A stretch of DNA of 64,000 bases from the human T2T-CHM13v2.0 reference genome, Homo sapiens. The notes under the pieces were generated by a model. The model ran no database searches. It saw nothing but the letters and a program-made list of their open reading frames with translations, and had not been told where the DNA came from. The position numbers and the translations under genes are program-made. Shown in pieces: positions 14,101-27,064 of the stretch. The stretch lies in NCBI RefSeq assembly GCF_009914755.1, contig NC_060932.1. One strand, 5' to 3'. Each line of letters opens with the position of its first letter. Position 1 is the first letter of the stretch.

Positions 14101-16187
14101 AAAACTTTTTAGGGACTTGTATAATTAGGTAATTCCAATGATGTGATAGATTTGTGATAATCAAAACTATAACACACGTTTGTGGATGTGCCTTTTCCCT
14201 GTGTATTTAATATCTAAAAGTTGTTTTATATAGAATTCAAATTTACCCATAATTATATGAGGAAATACAAAACTTTTTAAAATGGCTATAATAATTTTAG
14301 TAACATGGATATCATGTGCTTTGTAATTCACTGTCTATACAATTTGTTTAGTGAATTTGATAGGATTTCTACAGTTGGCCACATACATGTGGCTCCACAT
14401 ATGTGGCTCAATAGAACTTGTCTACATCTTATTTTTCTGTTTATTAATTTTGTGGTTAGTGTTGTCTATATTATTTTTACTGCCTGTCTGTGATTTCTTC
14501 TTTCCCAAATCCATTTAGTCTCTCAGGGTTGAGGAGCATGGATTTTCTCTCTTTATTCATTTTTTGTCTGCAATAGTACATACTTATTGCATCATTTGTG
14601 AATAAGTGGACAAAAATATTATCTTAGGACTTTACTAGAATATCATTTATGGTAAGTGAGAACAAATCAAGGTCAGTGAAGAAATTGCTTTGTTTACAGA
14701 AATCTCAATTTCTGAAAATTATTTAGAAACAAAAGACTTGAGTGACATTAAGTAATTTAGAATCTATTGCACGTAAAATGAATATGATGGAAAAATAATT
14801 CTCAGGTAGTTTATATGCAAATGTAATAGGTAGATGTACATACAGTCTTTGTGTGAATTTGTATAATCGAAGGTTTTGATGGACACTCTTCAAATCAGCT
14901 TATCTTGAGATAAAACAAAAAGACATTAAATATTAATCAGATAGTACTCATATCAATAAGATATGACAGATATCAGATATGATATTAAGTAAATTAATAT
15001 CACTTGACTAAATCTGTAGCCAATACTTTAGAATTAGAGATAGAATTTAGAAATTATTTGGTATCTTTTTTATGGAAAAAAATAGGTACTTGGTCAAGAT
15101 TATATATCTAGTTTATGGTAGATCTATGATTGATCCTCTAGACCTCTACTCTGGTCATTTAATTACTAGTTTCCTCAATGAATAATGTTTAGTAGCGCTG
15201 TGCTCTTCCATTTTGCTTAGGGCAAATCCTTGTTACCGCTCATTATGAGAAAAATACTCCTGTGTCCACGTGTGTGTATGTGTATGTATGTGTCATGATA
15301 TTATTGTGTCAATAAAATGGTTTGTGTAAGTTATTTTTAATATAGTGTGTTATTTTAATATAGAATAATATATTTATAATATGTCCTATTTTCTCATTTT
15401 TTTCTTAGTATTCAATATATTCAAGAGAAAATTTACAAAATGGATAATTAGAATTAGGAGTGTGGTCCCATTTTACACCATTGAACTAATCTATATGGCC
15501 TCTAAAGAGAAGAAGCAAAGAAGCTAATAATACTGGTGTTATTAGCATCAGAATGTTACCGGGTAAATTTACCACGTTTATAAATGCCAGAAAAGAAAAG
15601 CTCTTGTGGATTTAAATTCCTGTTCATCACATAATTTTGCGCCTATGATTCTTATAGACAAATTATCAGTAGGAGTAAAATCGGGAAAATGAGAAGGAGT
15701 TACTAGAGTTTTTCTACTTAATGTGAATAGGTACATTCAAGTTCTGAAAAGGACAAGGTATTTAAATGTGTAGCATATATCAAAATTAAAGGGAAATATG
15801 CATAATGAAGGACAGAATTTGTTTCTAATTGTACAAATTATATAAAAGCCTCACACGCATTTTTGCATAATTCAAAGAGTTGATGAGTAAAATATCCATT
15901 AGAGTAACTTATCTAATGGTGTGGAATTATTACCTTAGGCATGTTTTAGTAAGTATAATTTTACATCATCCAAATGACTATTTTTCCTGTGCTTTCTATA
16001 AATGGTGGTGGTAAAACCACACTGAAGATTACTTAATATTTCTTTATTCTTGGCTTCTCGGTATTTCATGTCCTTTGACACTTAACAGCTATAATTAAAG
16101 TGAAGGTAGAAATTTCTTAGACAAGAGGACTCTTCAGCTTACCATTGTTAAGTGTCCTTATTTAAAGCTCTATTACTTACCTGTTAT

Positions 16188-16968
16188 TGATATGGGAGTG
16201 CTGGGAAGGGAAAAGCATGGTCCCTTTAAATGACACAGAAGAGGGCAAAGGGAAGTGCTGGGTAAAAGAGGGCGTGGTCCCTAGCAAAGGCTCCACCCCC
16301 ATGGACCTAGGTGAGGACAGGCACTCCTGCCTTCATGCCTAAATGTTGTATTTCTCAAGACCACCCTGGCCTGCCACATCCCCATCCTGTGCCTATAAAA
16401 CCCCTCTGAGACCCTAGCAGTTAGACACACAAGCAGCTGGACTTTGTGAAGAACACATTGGCAGAAGAAGATACAAGTAGTCCGTGGTCAAGAGCGCGCC
16501 AAAAGGCACCTACTGGTGGAACAACCTGGAGTCCGGCCCGAGCAGCGTGACTCCAGGGGAAAACCATCTCCCTTCTGGCTTCCCCATCTGCTGAGAGCTA
16601 CTTCTACTCAGTAAAACTTCGTGCTCACTCTTCAAGCCCACTTGTGATCCGATTCTTCTGGTACACCAAGGCAAGAAACCCCGGGATACAGAAAGTCCTC
16701 TGTCCTTGTGACAAGCTGGAGGGTCTAATTGAGCTGGTTAACATAAGCTGCCTATAGACGGCAAACTAAAAGAGCACCCTGCAACACCCACCCACTGGGG
16801 TTTCAGGAGCTGTAAATATTCACCCCTAGACACTGCCATGGGGTCGGAGCCCCACACCCTGTATGTCTGTGTGCTCCCCTAGAGGTGTGTGCAGTGGGGC
16901 ACTGAAGAAGCAAGCCACACCCCCATCACACTTCCTGTGAGGGGAACAAGGGAATCTTCCCCGTTTCA
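16188..16968 (+). mobile_element. LTR1-family (ERV1, HUERS-P2) solo LTR
   Basis: Starts tgatatgggagtgctgggaaggg..ggtccctttaaatga and ends gtttca. TATA-like cctataaaa near 16392-16400. Perfect 4-bp TSD ttat (16184-16187, 16969-16972). Confidence 0.88.
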
Positions 16969-18569
16969 TTATGAGTCTGAAAGGAGAGAAGAAATGATGC
17001 TGTGACTTTTCAAACTGTGAGAGCAACGGTGTTACTTCTTTTTATTATAGTTTGTTACACTTTTCGCTATCAAATTTTAAAAGTAACTTGATCACAGTCT
17101 GTGTCATATATTTTGAATAATTTCATCATATAGATGACAAGCATGAAAAAGATGGTTCACAGATAATCAAAAGCCGAAACTTCAATGTTGCACAAAGCTA
17201 TATGCTGGGAAATCAAATTTCATCATCAACGTATTCATCTGGGTTTTCCATTAGTAAAATGAACCTAACTGTTACTAAAGCTGAGGTATTTTAAAAGTAT
17301 TGTAGTATACAGAACATCAAACTAAACATTTATCAAAGAAAGTAGATTAATAAAAAGAGCCTTTCAACATGATTCTGCATTACTCAATTAAAATTAATTA
17401 CTTTAAATGAAACTCAATTTCAAAATGCTCTGTGTCACTGACAATGGAAAATCATATCCTTTTGCCATTTTTTCAGTTATGTAAAAATCTAGAATTTGAT
17501 CATCATAAGTGAATTCTATTAACTTGACCCTCTCATCCTATTTTCAAAACACATTGTGTAAGCTTAATACAATAGATTTACCTCAACCAAATACATAACT
17601 AAGTGTAGAAGCTCTTTTTAAAAAATCACATTACCCAAGATTAATGTAAACAAGTGTTAAGTTTTGACATGAAAATAGTAACTTGATCATATTATATATC
17701 TGGTGGTGGAAGGGACCTTAGGAGGATAAGGTAGTACAGTAACTCTACCAATTTTGTGGAGGACAAAATATACTTATATAAGTAAAATTGTAGCTAAAAA
17801 TTAATCAAATTCATTTTTCTGATTTTAATCCTATTTATAATGTGTTGTTCTCTCTTCAGCATGGAAATTGGTCTTTCCCAAATTAAAAGAATACATTTTT
17901 TGTTTCTTTTCATTGTCTACTATTTTGGAAAATTTTTCCTAAACCTTATAAACACATAAACACATAATATAAAAATGTGTCTGATGATATGTCTCTACAT
18001 CCTTCACTCTTCAAATGATTGTGTCTTATCATCATTGCTATTCACATGTAAAGGATGCCTATAACCTCATGCATTAAAAGAAAAATAGTAAAAACTTTAG
18101 AACTGCAACTGAGTGAAACTTGAATATTCAACAATTTGGAGAAAGAGCCATTTTTTATTTAGTTTGGTTTTCTGTCTGTTTTCTTATCAGCAAGAAAACC
18201 TACCATTTAGAATTTTTTCACTATTCAGGGTGAGAAATAATGCATTTATTTTATTTGAGAAACCATATTGAAATGCCTTTATTATTTTCAAGGAACTGCA
18301 GCAAGGTCATAAAAAATTAAGTAAGAACATAAAATAGTGTAGTATTTATTTGCTAATTCAGTAATAGTTCTTTAATAAAAAATAGGCAAGACCACTTACC
18401 TAATAAACAGAATAATATAGGTTAGTGTTAAGTCAGAAATTGTGAAAGTCCTGAGAGTTAACCCTATTTAGAAAATAAATTAGCTGGCTAAAATTATTTA
18501 TATTAAAATATGTATATTATATAAGTATTTTAATATTAAAATGATTCTAAATAGGGTTAAATATTTTTA

Positions 18570-19045
18570 ACTACTATATATAGTATTTTTATATTATATA
18601 TAATAGTATGTGTATAAATATACACTCATAGTATGCCAGTAACGTATATACATATACATAATATGTGTGTATATTATATATATTATTTCTGTCAATAATA
18701 TATATGTACACATATAAATAATATATGTACATAATGGTATGTATAAAATATATATTATGCTAATTATATGTATATAAAATAATATATGTATATGTGATAT
18801 ACATATGTATATTATACATGTATACATAATATACATATGCTGTGTATAACTGACAATATGTGTATATTTCTAGCATAATATATATGTACATATAATCATG
18901 CACACTATATATGTCATATTAATATATTTGGCAACTATGTATAACTAACAATATGTGTGCATATATCTAAATATATAAAACTGGCATAATATATGTATAT
19001 TTTGTATACATATCATTATGTATATACACACATACATATGTAGAT
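18570..19045. repeat. Degenerate (TA)n/TATATG low-complexity array
   Basis: About 470 bp of TA/TACA/TATG-rich units. Explains ORF 18594..18836. Confidence 0.85.
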
Positions 19046-19911
19046 AAATATTACTGACAGAAAACAGAAGGCCTTTAGGTCAGAGGGAAAAAAGTCATTT
19101 AATTACCCAATTACTCATAATAAAAGTGGCATCCAGAGTACTGTCCCAATCAACCCAGTGTTATTTGCTGAGAGCAAGATGGTACCTGTACATGAGACAT
19201 ATTACAGGAGAATAACCTAGAAATTAGAAATAAACAACAACTCTGATCATATATGGTATTTCTTGTCACCTGTCCATCTTCTCCACAGAGAGTAACCTTA
19301 TTTTTACTCTAAAATACAAGCAGATCCACTATGCAGAGGAGAAAAAAGCCGTCTTTGTCTTCTTTACAAACTTGGATGATTTCTGGGGAGGGAGGTACAT
19401 CTAAGATTTACTGTTCCGTAATGTCTCCTTACACAAACATTCCTACGTGTGCAACACAGGACTTTGCTCAGAGAACTCAAACTGATGCAATGTAAGGCAT
19501 TCATGGAGAATCACCATCTCCCAAAAGCTGGTCTTGGAGTTTTCTAAGTTCTGCATTAGTGCGTCCTCCTCTCGGGTGGTGCCTTTGCTTTGGTTGGCAT
19601 CTGTTACATGAGGTCTTGATGCCTGACTTGCAGATGAAATTCAACTCTGTGCTTACTTCTGTTTCCAAATGTAACACCCTGGAGAGTTTTCAGATCAATG
19701 TTTTTTTTTCGTCCTTCTGGTATCACTCATTTTGTGTTTGGCTCTTTTATTAGAATTCCACATTTAGTAATGATTGTCTCCCTTTCTAGGTCAGCTAAGA
19801 TTTTTTAACTTTAATTCTCTCCTTTTAATTAAAAAGTGAGCAATACTAGGGATCCAAAGTAAATAATTAATTTACTTTATTTGCTAGTTTTTAAAATTAA
19901 CACTCAGTGTC

Positions 19912-19912
<1 letters not shown>

Positions 19913-19960
<48 letters not shown>
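19913..19960. repeat. (TG)18(TA)6 compound microsatellite
   Basis: Direct reading. Confidence 0.95.
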
Positions 19961-19989
19961 GCCAGCCACTGAGTATACAGAGATAAATA

Positions 19990-20680
19990 CATTACATTTT
20001 CTGCCCTAAAGAGGTTATAATCTAGTGTGAAAAGACAAACTTACAAAGTAATTGCAATGTGTTAACAAGTATATGCTGGAAATCTATAGGGGTTGAATCA
20101 ATTAAGGTGAATTCAGTTTTACCATATGAGACAGCAAGGCTCCAAAGAGCTGAGAATGGTGAAGAAAAGGGTATTCCAGGCACAAGAGCGATGTGATCCA
20201 CAACCTGGAGGCAAAGGTAAATGTAGCAGGAAGCAGGAATAACTCCGCATGCAGGAAAAAGGTTTTAAAGAGAAGTTAGAGAACAGATAGTAACACTTCT
20301 ATTTATTGACATATGTCAGGTTATGAGGGCCTGACATGCTATACTGAGAAGGCTCTATTTTATTCTTGTGGACAGTGGTTTTAAGACTTATTTTCTCAGT
20401 AAGGACATTCTTCAATGGAAATTGTCTTAGTTAAAATGTAAAACTGTTGCTATAGGTAATAAGAAGCTTAAAGTGATGGTGATTGGGAATGCCTCATAAT
20501 AGCTGCACTTAATAGCAATTACTCTAAAAATGGAGAATGCCTTGAAGGAATATAAATATGGAGGGAGAAAGAATTGCAATATTTCAGGTAAGAAATGAAG
20601 AGAGCCTGGATTAGGGCAATATTAGTAGGGATAGAAAATATGGATACAGGTTAGGGAGTAAGATTGCAGAATAGAAGCCT
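19990..20680 (-). mobile_element. L2 LINE fragment, decayed
   Basis: ctgccctaaagaggttataatctagtg..gggtattccaggcacaaga..ggattagggcaatattagtagggatagaa resembles the reverse L2 3' region. Confidence 0.55.
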
Positions 20681-21310
20681 ATACCATTTGTGCCCCCTGC
20701 CCTTTCCTTCTCAAACACCAAATTTTAACAAAAAGATCCCAAAATCATGTGAGCACTCACAGCACCTGGTTTAAATATCATATCACTGAATGAGGCACTA
20801 GACAAGGAGAGGAAAGACAGTTTTGAATCACCAATGGCACCCCTCCCCATCCCCTGGTAGCAGCCCTGACATTCGAGAGTCTGGGCATTTGGCAGAGCCC
20901 TCGCCAGAGGGGAATCACCCCTCCAAGCAGTTGTAACTTGTGTTTCTTGGCAAGTCTTGCTACTGCAGGCCAAAGTTCTCCGGGGTCCTAGGTAAACTTG
21001 AAAGGCAGTCTGGGACACAAGGACCCAATTTCTAGGCAACTTCTAGCTCTGGGGTTGGCTCAGAGCCAGTGGACTAGGGTAGCATGGGACCTAGGGAGAC
21101 ATTGGCTAGGGTGGCTGAGGGAGTGCTTGTGCCACGAATCCCCCAACTGCAGGCTGCAGAACTTGCAGCAACAAAAATGACTCCTTCCTTCTGCTTAAGG
21201 AGAGGAGAGGGAAGAGAAGAGGGAACTTTGTCTTGCATCTTGGATATCAGCTCAGCCACAGTAGGACAGGGCCATAGGCAGAGTCATGAGGCCCCTTTTT
21301 CAGGTCCTAC

Positions 21311-21850
21311 TGAGAAGTGAAGCCAGCTGGACTTCCTGGGTGGAGTGGGGACTTGCAGAACTTTTCTTTCTAAAGGTTTGTAAAGGTACCAATCAGCACT
21401 CTGTAAAATGGACCAATCAGCACTCTGTAAAATGGGCCAATCAGTGCTCTGTAAAATGGACCAATCAGCAGGATGTGGGCGGGGCCAAATAAGGGAATAA
21501 AAGCTGGCCACCCCAGCCAGCAGCCGCAACCCACTCGGGTCCTCTTCCACGCTGTGTAATCCTTGTTCTTTTGCTCTTCATAATAAATCTTGCTGCTGCT
21601 CACTCTTTGGGTCCTCACTACCTTTATGAAATGTAACACTCACTGCGAGGGTCTGCGGCTTCATTCCTGAAGTCAGCGAGACCACGAACCCACCAAGAGG
21701 AAGAAACTCTGGACACATCTGAACATCTGAAGGAACACACTCCGGACACACCATCTTTAGGGGCTGTAACACTCACCGCGAGGGTCCACGGCTTCATTCT
21801 TGAAGTCAGCGAAACAAAGAACCCACCAGAAGGAATAAATTCCGGACACA
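21311..21850 (+). mobile_element. LTR12 (ERV9, short LTR12F-like) solo LTR
   Basis: tgagaagtgaagccagctggacttcctggg...ggacaca. Perfect 4-bp TSD ctac (21307-21310, 21851-21854). Duplicated U5 unit at 21632-21717 and 21765-21850. CpGs relatively well retained. Confidence 0.93.
21388..21502 (+). promoter_or_regulatory. LTR12 U3 promoter: four CCAAT (NF-Y) boxes, GC box, AATAAAA TATA-like element
   Basis: ccaatcag units at 24-bp period (about 21388, 21412, 21436, 21460), gggcgggg at 21477-21484, aataaaa at 21496-21502. Activity not shown. Confidence 0.7.
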
Positions 21851-23969
21851 CTACCTCCCAGGTAACATTTCTAGACACACCCTGAGCTAAAAGGGAAGCC
21901 ACTTCCTTGAAGGGAAGGGCTCAGTCCTAGCAGGATTCGTCACCTGCTGTCTAAAGAGCCCTTAGACCCTGAAAACCCGGTGGCAATACCCAGGTAGTAC
22001 TTTGTGGGCCTGGGGCTCAGATATGCTGACTTCAGGAGTGATTAGCAAACTCATAGCTGTGGTGGTTATGGTGAAAGACTCTGAGAAAAGCAGAAGAAAA
22101 AGTGAAGGGTATTTTTTCTTATACTTTAGGTAACAGCTTGACCACAGTAGAATAACAAACAGGCTCCTGGGGTCCCCATGTTCAGGCTTAGGCTCATGGT
22201 CAGCATTTATGAAGCTTCCCTGGGCCAGAGAGGAACCCATTCTCTTGAAAAGTGAGTCCCATGCTTGGCAGCATTCACCACATGCTAACTGAAGAGTACT
22301 TGGGCTTTAAGTGAACATCAGTGGTGGCCTGGCAGAACCCCCCATGAGCTGGTGATGGTGGTGGCTACAGGCAGAGGCTGTGCCTATGGAAAGGGGAGGA
22401 AAGAACAGGACGTACTTTGTATTGTGGAATGAGCTGATTGCAACATACTCAAGCAAAGATGTGGTAAACATTTTGGCAGCAGTGACTTGAGATCAGAAAC
22501 CAAACTTGATATTGATACAAAGAAAATAAGCTTACATGCTGCAGAGCTATTATCAAAACCTGGAGCAGATACTGGGCTTTCTTTCATTTTGGGGGAAAAT
22601 TAAGGCCTGACATAAAGGGCATTTAGGATTTTCAGGTGTTTTCTCAAGACACAGAAGTCTTAGAAACACCTTATTCTTGAAAAGTGATATTTTTTCTTGA
22701 ATTTGAGAATTTGCAAGGCCATAGATGGGAGGATTATATTCTTCAATATCTTTAATGCTATGATTTACAAAAACAAAAACAAAAACAAAAAACAGAGAGA
22801 AAACCTAGGGAAAATTTGACTTGATTTACTGAGAATTGAATGATATGTAAAATATCAACCATATGTTTTTGGAAAACAAATACAAAACACTTTGATAAAG
22901 AACGTTTCATTTTTCCCTTTTTGGTTACTGTTTTTGTGGCAGATGCAGATTGAAGTAAGACAGCTCTCTCGAAAAGGTTGATGAAAGAAAATGGTTATTT
23001 TCATATAAACAAACTAATATGAAGTAATGCTAAATTTTTTTACCTTTATAATGGAATCAGAATGATTTTAGGTTTTAATTTAGAATTTTCTTTTGGTTCA
23101 TTATGCAAACATTAAACTTTAAATTCAAGATGCAGATCAGAAAGAGTTCCAGTCCCTAGCCTCAGAGCATCACATGGTACTTGATTTCAAGGAGCATTTA
23201 AAAACAACCACTTGGAATTATTGTAACTTGGTATTTTCCTTGAAGAAATAGCAAACTGTTTTTGAAAAGTTTACTCCATTCTATTGCTTACATAATAATG
23301 TTTTCACAGGAAAAGGATTCAGGGACTATGGCAATAAAACAGGTTTTCTATTTCACCTTTGGTCTGTCTAGGAGAACAGGCTTTCCAAATATACTGACTG
23401 CCCTTGAAACTTAATCACATAGCACCCAAGCTAATCATGGCACCTGATTACTAACGGCTAAGCCTAGCCTAGGATCAGTAATTGAGTTAAGGAGAATGCC
23501 CAGGTTTATATTTATCAGAAGGCTCATGCCTTCCTCCTTGGGCATAATTACAATGGGCAAAAAGTTCAATGTGAAAGAGGTGAAAGGAGGGCTATTTCCT
23601 GGTTCTAACATCATTCTGTTGGAAGAGGGGTTATAGTTTTAGCCTGGATTTCCACACATCTTTACCACAAAACAGGCAGCTGTTAAAAGGTGAAGAGTAG
23701 GACTGTAGGTATATCTACCCTCTTCCAAAGTAATGAGTTTTGGCATTATGTACTTGAAAAGAAAATCCTATTAGGAAATTGAGCTTAAAGGAGAGCTCTG
23801 CTTTAACATTTATTTGGAGTGTGTGGACAATAGGCCTATCTACAAGTTGAAAAATTGGACAATCAAAAGTATATGGGAAAGCTTTGAGGGTTAGAACAAT
23901 GGTGATCATTTGTGGTGAAAAACATTTAGAAAAGTGATGGACAAGTTAATCTATTAAAATGTTTTTCTT

Positions 23970-24560
23970 ATTATAACCATAAAATGCAAATGAAACCTAA
24001 GATATTTTTCTTCTGATTGGAAAGTATACAAACATTTTTTAAAAGACATTATCAGCCAGTGTTTTAAAAAAAGTAGTCTCATACATTAATGGCGGTTGTG
24101 TTAAATAGTCCAATTTCTAAAAGAAACTGTTATAATAATTACTAAAATGATCAATGCATGTGCACTTTGATCTAGTTATCCCACTCATGTCTTTATAAGG
24201 TAAATATATTCATATGTGTGAAATTATATAGTTACTATGCTGAGAAATATATAAACAAACCTACAATGTAATAATATGCAGCGTCTAAAAAAGCACTAAA
24301 GACATAATAGCTCACAGTGAGCTCCAAAAAATATAGTTAAGTGAGTAAAGCCAAGTGCCACATACACATCAAGTCAGTGTGTATAGTATGTTACCATGTG
24401 GTTTTTAAAAAGGGGATATTTGTTATATACATCATCTTTGAAAGGATACCCAGGACACTGAATAGATGTGATTATGGAGAGGTCAAGCTTTCACTGTTTT
24501 GACTGTGATACCTTGTGGATATTTCTACCCCCAAACAAATTAAAAATAAAATATAAGTAA
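23970..24560 (+). mobile_element. Ancient L1ME-type 3' fragment
   Basis: aaaatgcaaatgaaac..ctcatacatt..tgcactttgatctagttatcccact..gtgtatagtatgttacc. Confidence 0.6.
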
Positions 24561-25006
24561 TACATAAGTGAAACTAATTCTTGGCCATTCTAATATTTGA
24601 AACATATAGAAAAAAATAAAAATAATTAAAGTGATAATATATCTACCATCATAGAGTATTTCTGACAGTTCCTCTCTGAGCATATGTATTTTTTCACATA
24701 AATTAAAACTGTATATTTAAGCTTAATGCTTCTTTCAGTTAATGAACCAAAAATATTTCCCTATGATATTTCAATACTTCACAAACATGGTTTTTAATAA
24801 TTGTAAGTGTAATTATATTGATGTAGAATAATTTATTTCACCTTCTTAATGTTGGACACAATTTAAGTTTTTCATCATTATCATAAACATTTATGGAACC
24901 ATTTTGGTACATTTTACATTATAGACTTAACAATAGCCTCTTTAAAATAGAATTATTTAGTCAGTTTGTGTGCATTTTAGGATACCAGCAAAATACAAAC
25001 ATAAAA

Positions 25007-26110
25007 TAGCTATTGTTAATAGTGCCTCAGTAAATGTGGGACTGTAGATCTCTCTCCTATGTAATGATTTCCTTTCTTGTGGATACATACCCAGCAACGG
25101 GACTGCTGGATAGTATAGATGTTGGTTCTATTTTCAGTTCTTTGCGGAACATTTGTACTATTCTCCATAGTGGCTGTACTAATTTATATTCTTAACAATA
25201 GTGTATGAGGGTTTCCCATTCTCCACATCCTTGCTAGCATTCACTATTGCCTGTCTTTCAGATAAAAGCCATTTTAACCAGAGTGAAACGATATCTCGTT
25301 GATATCAAATCAGTTTGATTTGCATGTCTCTGATAATTAATGATGTTGAGCATTTTTTTCATTTAACTATTGGCCATTTGTAGCTCATCATTTGAGAAAT
25401 GTCTATTTAGATATTTTGGTCATTTCTAAAGTGGATTATTTTTTTTTTTCCATTGAGTTGTTTGAGCTCCTTATAAATTCTGGTTATTAGTCCCTTGTCA
25501 GATGGGTAAATATGGAATCAATCTGTGTGTCTATTAATCAATGAATGGATAAAGAAAATGCATTACATATACATAATGGAATATTATTCTTCCATAAACA
25601 TAAAATAATGAAATCATGTCATTTGCAACAACGTGGATAGAAATGGAGGACATTATGTTAAATGAATTAAACCAAGCACAGAAAAACAAATTTCACATGT
25701 TCTCAGTCATACGTGAGAGCTAAAATTAAAAATCAAACAAACAAACCCTGAACTCATCGTGATAGAGAGTAGAATGATAGTTATCAGAGTTTGCAAAGTG
25801 TAGCAGCGAGTGAGGGATAAAGTGGGGATGATTAATGGGTACAAAAATACAGTTAGATAGAATGAATACGATCTAGCATTTGGTAGCACAATAGGGCGAC
25901 TATAATTGGCAATAATTTAGTGTACATTTAAAAATAACTAAAAGGGTGGAATTGGAATGTTCCTAACACAAAAGAATAAGTTGTTGAGATGTTGGATAAC
26001 CCAAATGCCTTGATTTGATCATTACAAATCGTATACCTGTATCAAAGCATCACATGTACCTCATATATATAGAACTATTATGTATCCATAAAAATTAAAA
26101 AATGAAAATA
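25007..26110 (+). mobile_element. L1MA-type element with 5' inversion (25007-25508 inverted, 25509-26110 sense 3' end)
   Basis: The inverted part starts tagctattgttaatagtg (sense cactattaacaatagcta). The sense part starts aatatggaatcaa, the next bases in L1. L1MA 3'UTR ttagatagaatgaatacgatctag..gcacaatagggcgactata. Confidence 0.85.
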
Positions 26111-26667
26111 AATACATTTTAAAATTTCTCTTTTAATAGGATAGCTCATGATACCCCTTCTAGTACTGAGAAGCAAGGTTTATCATTCATAGTTATTTTA
26201 AATTCTCAGTGAGTTTTATTTATTCAGGTGTTTATTAACTATTTGCAATTTCCTGTATGTGTGTGTGTATGTGTGTGTGTGTGTCTGTGTTTATTTCATG
26301 TACTTTTTCCACTAATTTATTAGGAGTTTTAATATTTTCTTATCAATTTATATAAGCTTACATGTATTAAAATTATTAATCATTTTTACAACATCAGTTA
26401 CAATATTTTCATTTTTCTCTTTGAAAGGTCTTCCATTGTTTTTAAGTTTTTATGTTTATTCATCATTTAAGATTAGATTTATATTCATATGTGTTTAATT
26501 CTATATTTTATCATTTGAGTTTTAATAATGTAATTTGTGGAGGCTATGATGTGAGGTGAAGATCTATTGATTGATCTCTTTTCCCAAAGAGATAGCCATT
26601 TTTGATCATCTCTTCTTAAATCATTTTTTTTTGGTAGGGGGATTTCTTAACTATAAATCAGGAAAGT

Positions 26668-26933
26668 GGCCAGGTGTGGTGGATCAAGGCTGTAATCCCA
26701 ACATTTTGGGAATCCAAGATGGGCAGATCACTAGAGGTCAGGAGTCTGAGACTAGCCTGGCCAATATGGTGAAACCTGGTTCCACAAAAAATACAAAAAT
26801 TAGCCAGTGTGGTGGCGCACACCTGTAATCTCAGCTGAGGTATAAGAACTGCTTCAACCTGGGAGGCGGAGGTTGCAGTGAGCTGAAAACGTGCCACTGC
26901 ACTCCAGCCTGGATGACAAGGTGAGACTGTCTT
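26668..26933 (+). mobile_element. Alu (old S/J), small right-arm deletion, tail replaced by TA-rich repeat
   Basis: ggccaggtgtggtgg..tgcactccagcctgg..gagactgtct. Confidence 0.92.
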
Positions 26934-27006
26934 GATATATGTGTGTATATATGCACATATACATATATATATACACATATGTATATGGAGAGAGAAACTT
27001 TCTCTC

Positions 27007-27064
<58 letters not shown>
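26934..27064. repeat. TA-rich microsatellite including a perfect (ATGTAT)~9 array at 27007-27064
   Basis: Direct reading. Explains the CICICI / YVYVYV ORFs. Confidence 0.93.

Larger units (their letters stand above)
20700..22430 (+). mobile_element. L1 5'UTR fragment (L1M/L1MA-type), split by LTR12
   Basis: gtgagcactcacagcacctggttt..catatcactgaatgaggcact and aggattcgtcacctgctg..ccctga..cagcattcaccacatgctaactgaagag are L1M 5'-end motifs. Colinear on both sides of 21311-21850. Confidence 0.7.

Noticed and set aside
14378-14409. ccacat..atgtgg palindromes
   Set aside because: They resemble the agccacatgtggct core of MER3/MER33-type hAT MITEs, so are probably a repeat remnant.
21388-21468. 24-bp periodic repeats as a CRISPR-like array
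   Set aside because: There are no unique spacers. These are the normal CCAAT tandem units of LTR12 in eukaryotic DNA.
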